From NCBI RefSeq assembly GCF_022045235.1, contig NW_027266319.1, positions 66,154,001 to 66,218,000 of the forward strand: a stretch of DNA of 64,000 bases, in the 5' to 3' direction. Position numbers and translations under genes: made by a program. Source of the stretch: Haliotis cracherodii (lineage: Eukaryota). Below the pieces are notes generated by a model, which saw only the letters and a list, made by a program, of their open reading frames with translations, was not told where the DNA came from and ran no database searches. Shown piece by piece: positions 40,805-54,865 of this stretch; the first letter of the stretch is position 1, and each line of letters opens with the position of its first letter.

Positions 40805-43292
40805 GTTGTTGTTGTTGCATTAGGTGTTTAAGAGGTCGCCTTCTGCCTAGGCAATTTCGGCTGACCTGTCCCTCTTTGGGACTCCTGTGTGTGTGAAGGG
40901 TTCACATATCTATTGTGATTTCGGTGTTCACATAATTTCTGTTTTTGCATTGATATGATTTCTATTTTCTTATATTGATATGATTTCATTTTTATCCTTG
41001 GCTGCTCTGTTTATATACGTTCGAGCAGCTGTCCATCTCTCAGAAATAGAGTTAGTTTGGCCTTCGCTATTGCATCTCTTGGCTTTAGGAGATCTATGAC
41101 AGATAGCGGATCTAACTGCAATTCTTGTTTTAACCTAGCCCGGGCTGGGGCATGGTCTTGACATTCTAGTAACAGGTGGTCAATGGTTTCAGCCTGATTG
41201 CAAGATGAGCAAACCTTGTCATCGTGCTTTTTGTGACCAAGTCTGAGGCGTGAGATAGCAGTTTCAATTTTCCTTTCATTTGAGTATGAGTTTGGCTTTT
41301 GTTGGACCTTTGGTTGAATTTTGTATAGCCATCTGCCATTCTTACTTGCGTCCCATTGGGCTTGCCATCTTTTTGCTATGGAGGCTTTGATTTTGCTTTT
41401 TATCTCTAGTTTACTAAAGGGAATAGGCTGTATATCCGCTTTGTCTAGAGCTAGCTTCGCCAGTGAGTCTGCTTTTTCATTTCCATGAATATCTATGTGA
41501 GAGGGTATCCAACACAGCTCCACCTGTTGCCCTTGGTCCGATAGTTTTGTATATTCGTATAGAATATTGTTGACTGTGTTTGGCCTGGGGTTTGAGTTTC
41601 TCCCACTGATGGCCTGAAGTGCACTTAGCGAGTCTGATAGGACGACTGCCTTTGCTTCCGGGAGTTCCGGTATGAGTTTGAGTGCATGATGAATTGCCTC
41701 CAATTCAGCCATGAATACTGACTGACCATCAGGCAAGCGAACTGAATGTGCTTGGGGTTTGGAGCTGTGGATATGGATCCCGTAACCAGCACTGTTGTTG
41801 ATAGGATTCTTGGATCCATCAGTGTATATATGGGCCCAGCTGTCCCAGGTAGTTTGAATTTTAGTGATAGCTACTGATCGTAGTAGGGTTGGGTTTTCTC
41901 TTTTAATGACTTCTGATGTTAAAGCAGTGTCAACTTTGGGAGTTTGTAAAGTCCAGGGAGGGTGTAAACCTTTATAGTGACTTTCTGGAGGCTGAATGTC
42001 ATCGCAATTGTGACTTCGAATGAGTTCACGCACTAATATCCCAGATGGCTTTAGTGAGGGATTTTTTCGAGCTAGGGCTTCATCTCGAGCGTTTTTGTCT
42101 TGCCATATCATTTTAACCAAAGGGTTTGATGTTCGTCCCCAGAACGATAATATTGCCTGCTCTCTTCTTAGTTTCAATGGGAGTTCTCCTGTTTCTACTT
42201 GTAGTGCTTCTAGTGAGGTGCCTGTCGCTGCGCCTGTGGCCAGCATTAGGGCTTTGTATTGTATTCTGTCTAGGCGCCTCAAGACAGTATTTGATGCTGA
42301 GTGAAAAGCCTCACAACCATAGTCAATTTTTGATCTGATAAGAGCTTTGTAGAGGTCCAGCTGAGTGTCCCTCGATGTGCCCCAAGATGTGCCTGAAATT
42401 GCCCGTAATACGTTCAGGTCTTTTTGACATCTGTTTTCCACATATTCTATATGCTTGCGCCAAGTGAGGTGTTGATCAAGGATAACTCCAAGAAATATTG
42501 CAGATTTTTCGAATTTGATAGGTTTGCCTTTTATGGAGACACGGGGTATCATAGCATCTTTCCCCCGGCGTTTGAATAGAACTCCAACCGTTTTTTCATT
42601 TGAAAGGGTGAATCCCCATTTATTGCACCATTGATCTACTCCGTCCAGGGCTGACTGGAGTTTTTTTCTGATTTGTGAGATATCTCTGTGCTTTACCCAT
42701 ATTGCTCCGTCATCAGCGAACTTAGAAGTTTGGGTAGGAGAGTTGACATGGTCAAAAAGATCATTGATCATGATATTAAACAGGGTTGGGCTTCTGATGC
42801 TGCCTTGTGGCGTGCCATTGTCCAGTGCCATAGGATCCGATCGATTGTTCCCTATTTTAACTGATAGCGACCTGTCTTGCAGGAAGCTGTCTATGAAGTT
42901 TGCCATGTTCCCTTCAACTCCATTTTGTGATAGTTTTGAGAGGAGTCCGTCATGCCATACCATATCGAAGGCTTTGCTGAAGTCCAGAAATACTGCGGCT
43001 AGGTATTGTCTGTTTAATTGGGCTTTTTTTATTTCATTTTCCAGTCTTAGAATATGATCTAGACACGAGTGTCCCTTCCTGAAGCCACTTTGGTCAGGTT
43101 TTATGTGATTGCCAGTTTCAAGATGATGCATGAGCCTTTTTGTAACCATGGCTTCCATGGCTTTGCACATGTTTGAGGTGAGTGAGATAGGTCGATAAGA
43201 GTTTGGTAGGGCTTCTTCTTTCCCTTGCTTTAGCAGCGGGATAACCGCAGCATGTTTCCATGCTTTTGGGACTTCTCCTTTGGACCATAGAA
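40805..43292 (-). mobile_element. 5'-truncated I-group LINE (RT, RNase H, CCHC), young copy
   Basis: Open ORF to 41011 with a FADD RT; (CAA)n tail; 11-bp TSD TGATGCAGAAT at 40794-40804 and 43293-43303. Nearly identical to 9279-10983. Confidence 0.96.
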
Positions 43293-44550
43293 TGATGCAG
43301 AATCAAGGTTGGGGGTTATTATAGGCCTAATAGTGCACCACGTGATTTATGTCCAGGCCCCCGTGACATGCAGTTGTCATGTGACATGTAATTAACTAAT
43401 TGAATTGCAAAAACAATTCCGACAGCAAATAACCGCATCCACAACAACAATGCGTGGATGCAAAGAAAGAAACCATTTTAAACCCCTTTCTGTATATTTG
43501 TATTTGTATTCCTTTCTGAAACTATCATTCTACAAACAGTTGTGTTCACCGCCCATTGTGATACTTCTACTTAAGAAAATAAAAAAGGATGTTTATTTAG
43601 TCATTTGACATGCGTTCATTGTTAACAAAGATTAGTGTGAAAGGATTACTAAGTTTGTCATCCAGTATAATGCACTTCCTCGATTAGCATAATTAGAACA
43701 GAGTTTGTAATTAGTTATATCCTGACTCGAGTTAACCAAGGCAGCTACATCAGTTGTGATTTATGAATTTGTGGAATCTTAATAAATAAACGACCGCCTG
43801 TCGCAAAAGTGCAAACGAACATTGAACACGCACAGTCGCAGATTTTCCTTTCGTATATTTGAGGGTGAACGTGAACGAAGCCGTGCAAGATGCTTTGCAG
43901 CGATTTGTCTTCAGAACACATATTGAGCTCAGGTAAGTTTATTAATGATGATATTTTCATTCATTCATAGATATGGCGATCATGGGCGCTGACACCATAT
44001 GTATTCGCAATAGAACATTTGGAAGACTAGACACAAATTGAGTCACAATATGACAACATCAAATCAAAGAATTTGTTTAATGCAACAGATTTAAGGCATT
44101 GAAATTGTACATTATTATAAAATACATGAGTGTCGCTACGTCTCATGTCAAATACATCAATGAATTATATATAAACAAAATTAATTTAATATTACTATGA
44201 ATTTATAACTAAAATTATGGAGTCTTGCATGTCGAGCCAACAAACTATAGTACATATTATTCACCTTGGAATTCTGTTTACTGTGCTTGCTGTGGGGTCC
44301 ACCCTATTCCCAAAATGGACAGTTCCAAATACTACTGCGTAAAATATTAATGCCAATTTGGAGAAAATTACCAAATGAATGAATGCAAGTAAAACTTAAT
44401 CCAGGGGAAAACTGTTCAATATCACGTCAAAGTGTGCCCAAGTGCAAAACCTAATCTTAAAATGAAAGGACTTTGGTATTAATATTTCAGTCAGATTCTG
44501 ATATTGGCGAGTTAACGAGGTAAGCCCTATGATTAATTGTCTTATATACC

Positions 44551-44590
44551 TTTCTGGTGTCCACCGCCGTGAACCATACTCACTCACTCA
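44551..44590 (+). mobile_element. Internally deleted SINE fragment
   Basis: TTTCTGGTGTCCACCGCCGTG joined directly to the (ACTC)n tail. Confidence 0.6.
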
Positions 44591-46662
44591 GATAAATAAC
44601 CCCTTTTACATAAGTCATGAACAAGCATATATATATTGCCAATATTTTGCTCCCATGTTTTCGATAATTGTACCAAAGAACAAGAATTAATCCTAGAATG
44701 TCTACACATAAATTCATTACGGACGCTGCAATAATGCCGATGAGACGTTAATTTTTACCTCGCCCACTCACTGATTACGGACTATTTGTCGGGCAATAAG
44801 AGGTACAAGCCACGAGAAAATGTAGAGTGAGACCAACGTAGCCATAACACCTTTTTACAAGATGGAAAACATCTTTGCTGTTAGTGATTACATATAATGA
44901 AATCTTACCAATTCACAGGCTATACGTTGTAGAACTGAATGCTATGCCAAGTCATTCCTACCTGATACCATTAATAATTGGCATAGTCACCGGAAAAAGA
45001 GGATTATTAAACTTAGACAATGTTATATTCAGTTGAGCCATGATACCAGATTTTGTCACTTTAAACTTCCATCGGCTTAAAAAACACATCTCAGATAACA
45101 CATCATGCATGCTCTTGTGGCTGTCACAATGGTACACTGCATTAATTTTTACACATGTCCCAACTACAATATATTTAGAAACGATTCTATTCTAAAGGTT
45201 CAGTGAGGTCCTAATCAGTGGTTTATTGGAAACAATTTGAACAGTGCCTAATTTAGCTATTTTGAAATCGGCCATGTACATCCGACGTTCGGGTGGATTT
45301 GCACATATATAATAACTAGTAGTAAGACTTAATACATACTTTGAGACACGTATTAAGTATTAAACAGTTAAATAGCTTTTCTTAGGAAACCCCTTTCCAT
45401 CAACCGCACTGTTGACCTATCTTTTTTGTTCTGTTTTGATGTATTGATGTATTATTTAATACAATATGTATATCTCCCCTCATCCCAATGTAAATAAAAG
45501 GAAGCTTGGTGGGGACTTTTGGGATATAAGAAATGAATACAGACTGCCATACTGTCTGAATGTCTTAACACTCACCGGGTGTGACCACGTAGACAGGATA
45601 ACATTCGGGTTTCTCATAATTACTCCATGAGCATGCTTGGTATTGTAGCTTGGGGATATTAAATGTAAGTTTGTTATCAGGGGAGATTGATAGTGAACTT
45701 TTAGTACCAGTTAGATATGATATCTATATGACTTCTTTCTGTTTGACAGAGGATTAAGGGTATATGTGTGGGTAATCCTTCCACGCTGATGAAAGAAAGT
45801 CACTCTACTAGTTCATGTAATCTACGTCAAATAAGATCAGAACATATGCATTATTACAACATACTCAGGATACCAATAACAACGAAATGTACAAATTAAC
45901 AAACATGATCAATATTATTATTACATGTTAATGCCTTGTATGTAAATATAGCTATATAAACATATGTTTAATTTTTCAGCTTGTGTGAAGTCGTCCATAA
46001 ATACAAGAAAACGTATATTTTCCCAAAATTATATTACCCTCAAAAGGGCAATTATATTCATGTTACATTTTTTCAGTCTCTTTTTTTAATTCGAATTACG
46101 TAACATTTATGTTACTTTGATTTTATTAGACCCATGTTGTTGTTACAGACCCAGGGATTGACTAGGTTCATTACATGTCATAAAAGTGCCGGGACATGTG
46201 GTGGCAATACATTCTCTAATTAACACCTGTCACAAAGGGACGGGCAATTTGGGTTTGTCCTCAGGGAATGTGTTATGCAATTTGTGTATTCACGAAATAA
46301 CATTCAACAAATTATGTACATGGTCCTGTGATGTAGGATTCATGCATTCGTACTTTTTTTAAATAAATGAATTGCATTTTTTTTCTTAACCGTGTGCGAA
46401 ATACGCATAATGTCGGAAAGCGTAAGTTAAATACTGACTTCATCCCAAAATAAATCACAAACCCTCTCTTATAATTTGTATATTATTCCATATTTTAATT
46501 ATGTAAATCACGTTCCTGTCACTTTTAATGTAGAATACGTTAGTCACTCAACCAATTCCATTATTATTTTCCCAAAGATCAAAGATTAAAGCAGTTATCA
46601 AGATTTATTTTCAATATCTTTAAAAATACTTAATCTTTACATTGAAACTGCCATCATGATGT

Positions 46663-46668
46663 ATTATT

Positions 46669-46699
<31 letters not shown>

Positions 46700-46704
46700 T
46701 TATT
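46663..46704. repeat. (ATT)n microsatellite
   Basis: Direct reading. Confidence 0.9.
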
Positions 46705-46980
46705 GATGTACATATGGTTTGCACCCAACCATGCGCGTGCCAAATTATACAGCGTCAAGCTTTTAGAGCGCCAACTAAGTTTTCCAAAGTAGAAATTAAG
46801 CCAAATGAATATATATCAAGTTTCCTTTTGCTAGAACATATGCAAGCTGTTGTGTTTTTTCAAGGTAATCTTCGTTCTCGCATTGATAACAATATTAAAA
46901 GAACAAGTATTATAAAATATAATACGGGAATATATTACACACGTTATTTACGCATCCGGTTGCTCATAATACAATTTTCC

Positions 46981-49020
46981 CCAAGGACTACCGTTTTACA
47001 AAACGCGATTTTCCGCGTTTCCGCCGAGATTTCACATTATATTAATGTATATCTACAATGAAACCGACAGCTCAGAACAAACCAAATTCAACACTTTTAA
47101 GTAGTGATAAAATAGTTTTCATCCTCTGTGCAATCCACTCTGTTGGCATATGTGCACGAGAGCATGTTACAAAACACATCGCGGCCTCCCCGTAAAACGA
47201 ATCTAAGCTCAAACACTTTCAATACAGAAGTTACCGCCAAAGCAATCACCCCCGACAGCTAATCCTCTCTGTGCATTTGACCATAAAGTCTACTCACATA
47301 CCAAGCACCGCGCCAGGAAAAGTACCAGACGCCTCAACCGCCCACCCGTCAATATCATTGCAAGGACAGTATGTACTCCCGCTAACAGTGTGGAGTACTA
47401 ATTAAACATTCCAGTAATGTTTCCCGCCACTATATCATTTTTTTGTAACTTCTGATACTATTTTGCACATACAAAACAATCATAGAGCAATACATAGCAA
47501 TTATCCTCCCTTACCAACATATACAAAGAAACACAGTGCTCAACACTTCAATTTGCACATATATAATAATTATACACAATAATTATCTCCCTTTACCAAT
47601 ATATACAAAGAAAACACAATATTTTCGTAGTATTTTTAAAAAATAATCCTTGATAATATTTTGTAGATGATTTTTCCCGAGGACTACCGTTTTACAAAAC
47701 GCGATTTTCCGCGTTTCCGCCGAGATTTCACAAAATAACAATGTATATCTACAATGAAACCGACAGCTCAGAACAAACCAAACGCAACACTTTTAAGTAG
47801 TGATAAAATAGTTTTCATCCTCTGTGCAATCCACTCTGTTGGCATATGTGCACGAGAGCATGTTACAAAACACATCGCGGCCTCCCCGTAAAACGAATCT
47901 AAGCTCAAACACTTTCAATACAGAAGTTACCGCCAATGCAATCACCCCCGACAGCTAATCCTCTCTGTGCATTTGACCATAAAGTCTACTCACATACCAA
48001 GCACCGCGCCAGGAAAAGTACCAGACGCCTCAACCGCCCACCCGTCAATATCATTGCAAGGACAGTATGTACTCCCGCTAACAGTGTGGAGTACTAATTA
48101 AACATTCCAGTAATGTTTCCCGCCACTATATCATTTTTTTGTAACTTCTGATACTATTTTGCACATACAAAACAATCATAGAGCAATACATAGCAATTAT
48201 CCTCCCTTACCAACATATACAAAGAAACACAGTGCTCAACACTTCAATTTGCACATATATAATAATTATACACAATAATTATCTCCCTTTACCAATATAT
48301 ACAAAGAAAACACAATATTTTCGTAGTATTTTTAAAAACTAATCTTTGATAATATTTTGTAGATGATGTTTCCAAGGACTACCGTTTTACAAAACGCGAT
48401 TTTCCGCGTTTCCGCCGAGATTTCACATTATAACAATGTATATCTACAATGAAACCGACAGCTCAGAACAAACCAAATTCAACACTTTTAAGTAGTGATA
48501 AAATAGTTTTCATCCTCTGTGCAATCCACTCTGTTGGCATATGTGCACGAGAGCATGTTACAAAACACATCGCGGCCTCCCCGTAAAACATATCCAAGCT
48601 CAAACACTTTCAATACAGAAGTTACCGCCAAAGCAATCGCCCCCGACAGCTAATCCTCTCTGTGCATTTGACCATAAAGTCTACTCACATACCAAGCACC
48701 GCGCCAGGAAAAGTACCAGACGCCTCAACCGCCCACCCGTCAATATCATTGCAAGGACAGTATGTACTCCCGCTAACAGTGTGGAGTACTAATTAAACCT
48801 TCCAGTAATGTTTCCCGCCACTATATCAGTTTTTTGTAACTTGCTGTTACTATTTTGCACATACAAAACATTTATAGAGCAATACATAGCAATTATCCTC
48901 CTTTACCAACATATACAAAGAAACACAGTGCTCAACTTAAAACACTTCAATTTGCACATATATAATAATTATACACAAATACATAATAATTATCTCCCTT
49001 TACCAATATATACAAACAAA
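46981..49020. repeat. Three tandem copies of a ~695-bp unit
   Basis: GGACTACCGTTTTACAAAACG recurs at 46985, 47681 and 48376; units are nearly identical. Confidence 0.95.
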
Positions 49021-49189
49021 ACAAATTTGGATACACCATATATACAAATTTGTATATTTTGTATATGTCATATATACAAACTTGTATATTTTTGTATATA
49101 TCATCTTTCCAATCTTGTATATCCTTTGGAAATATCATCTTTCCAAAGGATATACAAGCTTGTATATATGGATTTTTTTTGCAGTGTTG

Positions 49190-49473
49190 TGACATTGCTA
49201 GGTGGTATAACCCCTATTGTAGAGGATATGAGCCTTGACAGATGGGCTGAATTCATATCTTCTATATCACGAGACAAAAGCTCCTGGAACCTGCGATCAA
49301 TGCTCTATCTATAGACAATATATCTCATACCAGGACCCCGACATGTAATTATTCAATATTGCCATTTTCTCTGCATAATGTTCGTGTAAATATGCTGTGT
49401 TAACATGATTCCAAATGTATATCACTCTCCGAAATTAATGGAGGAAATAAAGATCATTCATTCATTCATTCAT
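49190..49473 (+). mobile_element. LINE-B 3' end
   Basis: VTLLGGITPIVEDMSLDRWAEF aligns with LINE-A SFLLGGLPDCMKNLELEIWGET. 3' end GGAGGAAATAAAGA plus (TCAT)n. Confidence 0.85.
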
Positions 49474-51365
49474 ACCCATACACACGTACATACACGCATG
49501 TACACACTCACATACACACTTACACGCATGCACACATGCCCATACACACGTACATACACGCACGTACACATACCCATACAGACTTACATTCACGCATGTA
49601 CACACACCCATACAAACTTACATACATGCACGTACACACACCCATACAAACTTAATAAACGCACGCACACACACCCATACAGACTTACATACACGCACGT
49701 ACACACACCCATACAGACTTACATACATGCATGTACACACACCCATACAGACTTACATACATGCACGTACACACACCCATACAGACTTACATACACGCAT
49801 GTACTCATACCTATACAGACTTACATACATGCACGTACACACACCCATACACACTTACATACACGCATGTACTCATACCTATACAGACTTACATACATGC
49901 ACGTACACACACCCATACACACTTACATACATGCACGTACACACACCCATACAGACTTACATACACGCATGTACACACACCAATACACACTTACTAACAC
50001 GCATGTACACACACCCATACAGACTTACTAACACGCATGTACACACACCCATACACACTTACTAACACGCATGTACACACACCCATACAGACTTACTAAC
50101 ACGCACGTACACATACCCATACACGTACATACACGCATGTACACACACCCATACACACTTACATACACGCATGTACACACACCAATACACACTTACTAAC
50201 ACGCATGTGCACACACCCATACAGACTTACATACACGCATGTACACACACCCATACACACTTACTAACACGCATGTACACACACCAATACACACTTACTA
50301 ACACGCATGTACACACACCCATACACACTTACTAACACGCATGTGCACACACCCATACACACTTACTAACACGCATGTACACACACCAATACACACTTAC
50401 TAACACGCATGTACACACACCCATACACACTTACTAACACGCATGTGCACACACCCATACACACTTACTAACACGCATGTACACACACCCATACACACTT
50501 ACTAACACGCATGAACACACACCCATACACACTTACATACATGCACGTACACACACCCATACAGACTTACTAACACGCATGTACACACACCCATACAGAC
50601 TAACATACACGCATGTGCACACACCAATACACACTTACTAACACGCATGTACACACACCCATACACACTTACATACATGCACGTACACACACCCATACAG
50701 ACTTACATACACGCATGTACACACACCCATACACACTTACTAACACGCATGTACACACACCCATACACACTTACATACACGCACGTACACACACCCATAC
50801 AGACTAACATACACGCATGTACACACACCTATACAGACTAACATACACGCATGTACACACACCTATACAGACTTACATACACGCATGTACACACACCAAT
50901 ACAAACCTAATAAACGCACGTACACACACCCATACAGACTAACATACATGCAAGTACACACACCCATACACACGTGCATACACGCACGTACACACACCAA
51001 TACACACGTACATACACGCTCGTACACATACCTATACAGACTTACATACACGCATGTACACATACTGATATAAACTTACAAACACGCACGTACACACACC
51101 CATACAGACTTACATACATGCATGTACACATACCCATACAGGCTTACATACACGCATGTACATATCCATACAGACTTACATACACGCATGTACACATACC
51201 AATACACGCGCACATACACGCACGTACACATATCCATACATGCGTACATACACGCATGTACACACATCCATACAGACTAACATACACGCATGTACACACA
51301 CCCATACACACGTACATACACGCAAGTACACATACCCATACACACTCACATACACGTGTACACGT
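49474..51365. repeat. 34-bp minisatellite segment
   Basis: Same monomer, including the ACTTACTAACACGC variant also seen at 23150-23330. Confidence 0.95.
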
Positions 51366-52330
51366 CTAGTAGTGATACGCGGTTGACCGGATCTGGGAAG
51401 GTCATGTTATGTCCAGTGTGCTTAGTGGAAAACCTGGCTATGGCAGAAAATGATTCTCCTGTTTGCAGTTTGCCGATGGTGGTGTTGTGTTGGGCTTCCC
51501 TTGGTTGTGGTATATTTTCACTGTACACTGGCTGTGAGACAAGGCATACTGAGTCTCTCAATGGTGGTTTGTCCCACTCCTCTTGCAGTGCCTGGCCAAG
51601 TTCAGCCAACATGGTCAGCGACCTATGACGTTGACGTCTCCTTATCATGTCACACACGCGTTCAATGGGGAAAATATCTGGGCTCATTGCTATTGTCGTG
51701 CTGCTGGGGGTGAGCATTGACGACTTGTGCATGATTGGTTGTTTGTTTGTTGTTTAACGTTGCACTCAGCAATATGCCAGCGAAATGACGGCGGTCTGTA
51801 AATAATTTGGAGTTTGGACCGGACAATCCAGTGATTGACATAAAGAGCATCGGTCCATGCAATTGGGATACGATGATATGCAACCACCAAGTCAGCGAGC
51901 CAGACCACCTGATCCTGTTATTGTGATGACACCCAACAACATAACTGATCCTATGCCAAATCTGTCATGAGGTCTCATGTTGACATTGGCTTGGTGTTCA
52001 TTTCGCCTTTGTCAGATATGACCACTCCTATGAAAGAAGTGAATCAGGACTAATCTGATTCCAAGACACATGACAAGCAACGACGACCCCAGTTCCAACG
52101 TTGTGTATTGACGTCTGTTGCCAGTATGATGATTTGTAAGGGGTGGCACAACACGTGACCGTCGAGCATGGAGATGAACTGCATGTGGCCATTTTCTAAT
52201 AGTGTGACCCTTAACTCGTACTCCAGTGGCCTGATGAAAGTTTGCAGCTAAAATATCATTTTGCAATCAGGTTTCGAAAAAGTCGATTCTGTCCTCATGT
52301 GGTTGACCTGGGAAGATCTGAAACTCTGTT
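51366..52330 (-). pseudogene. Tc1/mariner transposase remnants
   Basis: HTH start EAQHNTTIGKLQTGESFSAIARF; catalytic SPDIFPIERVCD..LGQALQEEW; GVRVKGHTIRK..LHARR. Confidence 0.8.
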
Positions 52331-54700
52331 ACAACGACATGGACTTGTCTCCTCCAAAATGACTCCGCCGATAGGTCGCATCAGTCTAAACAGTTAATGT
52401 TTGATGGGTGTGAACTAAGGGTGTGCAATATTACCGGTATATCGGTAAATTGGGGTTCATTCTTTCCATGATACGTGCCACAATGACATTATATCAGGAG
52501 CTTTCAAATTGAGATGATGATCATTTGTTTTTGTTTTACACTTGCCAAATACCAGCGTGCATCCAGGGTCCCAAGATCAGTGTTCGAAATAACCACGCTG
52601 GTAGATCTCGTGTCGGTGAAGAGTTTAGTCATGGCCTGCAGGTTCTTATTCTGTTGGTCCTGCGTATTTATTAAATGAGTTAACATTATGTTTACCAGCA
52701 TCTTGTTTTGTTCTATTTATGAACTTCAAATCATTCCTTGACGTTTCAGATTTCTTCTGAATTCAAAATTTAGAAATATACAATATATCGTGCTACGTAT
52801 TGTAAAATATTGTGATACGCTTTAATCCCTGTACTATACTTGAAACTTACTGCAACTGAATTTATGAGGATGCCACACAACTGTATGTCAGTGGCCTGTA
52901 AGGATGTGTTCTTGGCCAGGCAAGCCAATGGGTCAAAGACCAACACCATCAGGGTACAGAAGTTCTGAGAATGATCAAAGCCAAAAAAACACCAGGGAAC
53001 AGTGGGTCTGAGAATGATCAAAGCCCAACACCACCAGAGTCAGTGGTTCTGAAAATGATCGAAGCCCAAACACCACCAGGGTACAGTGGCTATGAGAATT
53101 ATCAAAGCCCAACACCATCAGGGCACAGTGTTTCTGAGAATGAACAAAGCCAACACCACCAGGGTACATACGCTCTGAGAATGATCAAAGCCAAAAACTA
53201 CCAGGGTACAGCGGTTCTAAAAATGATCAAAGCCAAAAACTACCAGGGTACAGCGGTTCTGAGAATTATAAAAGCCAAAACACCACCAGGGTACAGTGGT
53301 TCTGAGAATGATCAAAGCCCAACACCACCAGGGTACAGTGGCTCTGAGAATGCTCAAAGCCCAACATCATCAGGGCACAGTGGCTCTGAGAATGATCAAA
53401 GCCCAACACCATCAGGACACAGTGGTTCTAAGAATGATCAAAGCCCAACACACCTGGGAACAGTGGTTCTGAGAATGAACAAAGCCCAACACCCAACACC
53501 AACAGGGTACAGTCGGTCTCAGAATGAACAAAGCCCAACACAATCAGGGCAGAGTGGTTCTGAGATTGATCAAAGCCCAACACCACCAGGGTACAATGGT
53601 TTTGAGAATGATCAAAGCCCAACAAAACCCAGGGTACAGTGGTTCTGAAAATGACCAAAGCCTAACAAATCTGGGCACAATCGTTCTGAGAATGATCAAA
53701 ACCCAACATCATAAGGGCACAGTGGCTCTGAGAATGATCAAAGTCCAAACACCACCAGGGTACAATGGTTCTGACAATGATCAAAGCCCAAAATCCACCT
53801 GTGTACAGTGGTTCTCAGAATGATCAAAGCCCAAAACCACCAGGGCACATTGGCTCTGAGAATGATCAAAGCCCAACACCATCAGGGTACAGTAGTTCTG
53901 AGAATGACCAAAGCCAAACAAACCACCAGGGTACAGCGGTTCTGAGAATGAACAAAGCCCAACACCACCAGGGTACAGTGGTTCTGAGAATGACCAAAGC
54001 CCAAAACCACCAGGGTACAGTGGCTCTGAGAATGATCAAAGCCCAACACCATCAGGACACAGTGGTTCTAAGAATGATCAAAGCCCAACACAGCTGGCAA
54101 CAGTGGTTCTGAGAATGATCAAAACCCAACATCATCAAGGCGCAGTGGCTCTGAGAATGATAAAAGCCCAACACCAACAGGGTACAGTCGGTCTTAGAAT
54201 GAACAAAGCCCAACACAATCAGGGCAGAGTGGTTCTGAGATTGATCAAAGCCCAACACCACCAGGGTATAATGGTTTTGAGAATGATCAAAGCCCAACAA
54301 AACCCAGGGTAGAGTGGTTCTGAAAATGACCAAAGCCTAACAAATCTGGGCACAATCCTTCTGAGAATGATCAAAACCCAACATCATCAGGGCACAGTGG
54401 CTCTGAGAATGATCAAAGCCCAAACACCACTAGGGTACAATGGTTCTGAGAATGATCAAACAAAACATGAGCAGGGCACAGTTGTTCTGAGAATGATCAA
54501 AGCCCAACACCATCAGGGCACAGTGGTTATGAGAATGATCAAACAAAACATGAGCAGGGCACAGTTGTTCTGAGAATGATCAAAGCCCAAACACCAACAG
54601 GGTACACTGGTTCTGAGAATGATCAAACTGAACATCAGCAGGGTACAGTGGTTCTGAGAATGATCAAAGCCCAACAGATAGAGGGTACAGGGGTTCTGAG

Positions 54701-54865
54701 TGAGTGAGTGAGTATGGTTTTACACTGCTTTTAGCAATATTCCAGCAATATCACAACGGGGGACACAAGAAATGGCTTTCACACATTGTTTTTATGTCGG
54801 GAATCGAACCTGGGTCTTCGGCGTAACAAGCGAACGCTTTAACCACTAGGCTACCTGACTGCCGC
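54701..54865 (-). mobile_element. SINE within the 42-bp satellite (copy a)
   Basis: Same SINE family; degenerate ACAGTGGTTCTGAG TSD. Confidence 0.93.

Larger units (their letters stand above)
36772..49186. mobile_element. 12.4-kb non-autonomous CAC...GTG DNA transposon (CACTA/Chapaev, CMC-like) carrying cargo
   Basis: 3-bp TSD TTG at 36769-36771 and 49187-49189. Imperfect TIRs CACAAGAAAAAATACCCATATATACAA / CACTGCAAAAAAAATCCATATATACAA. TATACAA..TTGTATA subterminal repeats at both ends. Removing it restores the LINE-B reading frame. Confidence 0.8.

Noticed and set aside
45560-45600. LTGCD peptide as evidence of an Academ/XPG-type transposase
   Set aside because: Five-residue match in a short frame with no supporting flanking motifs.
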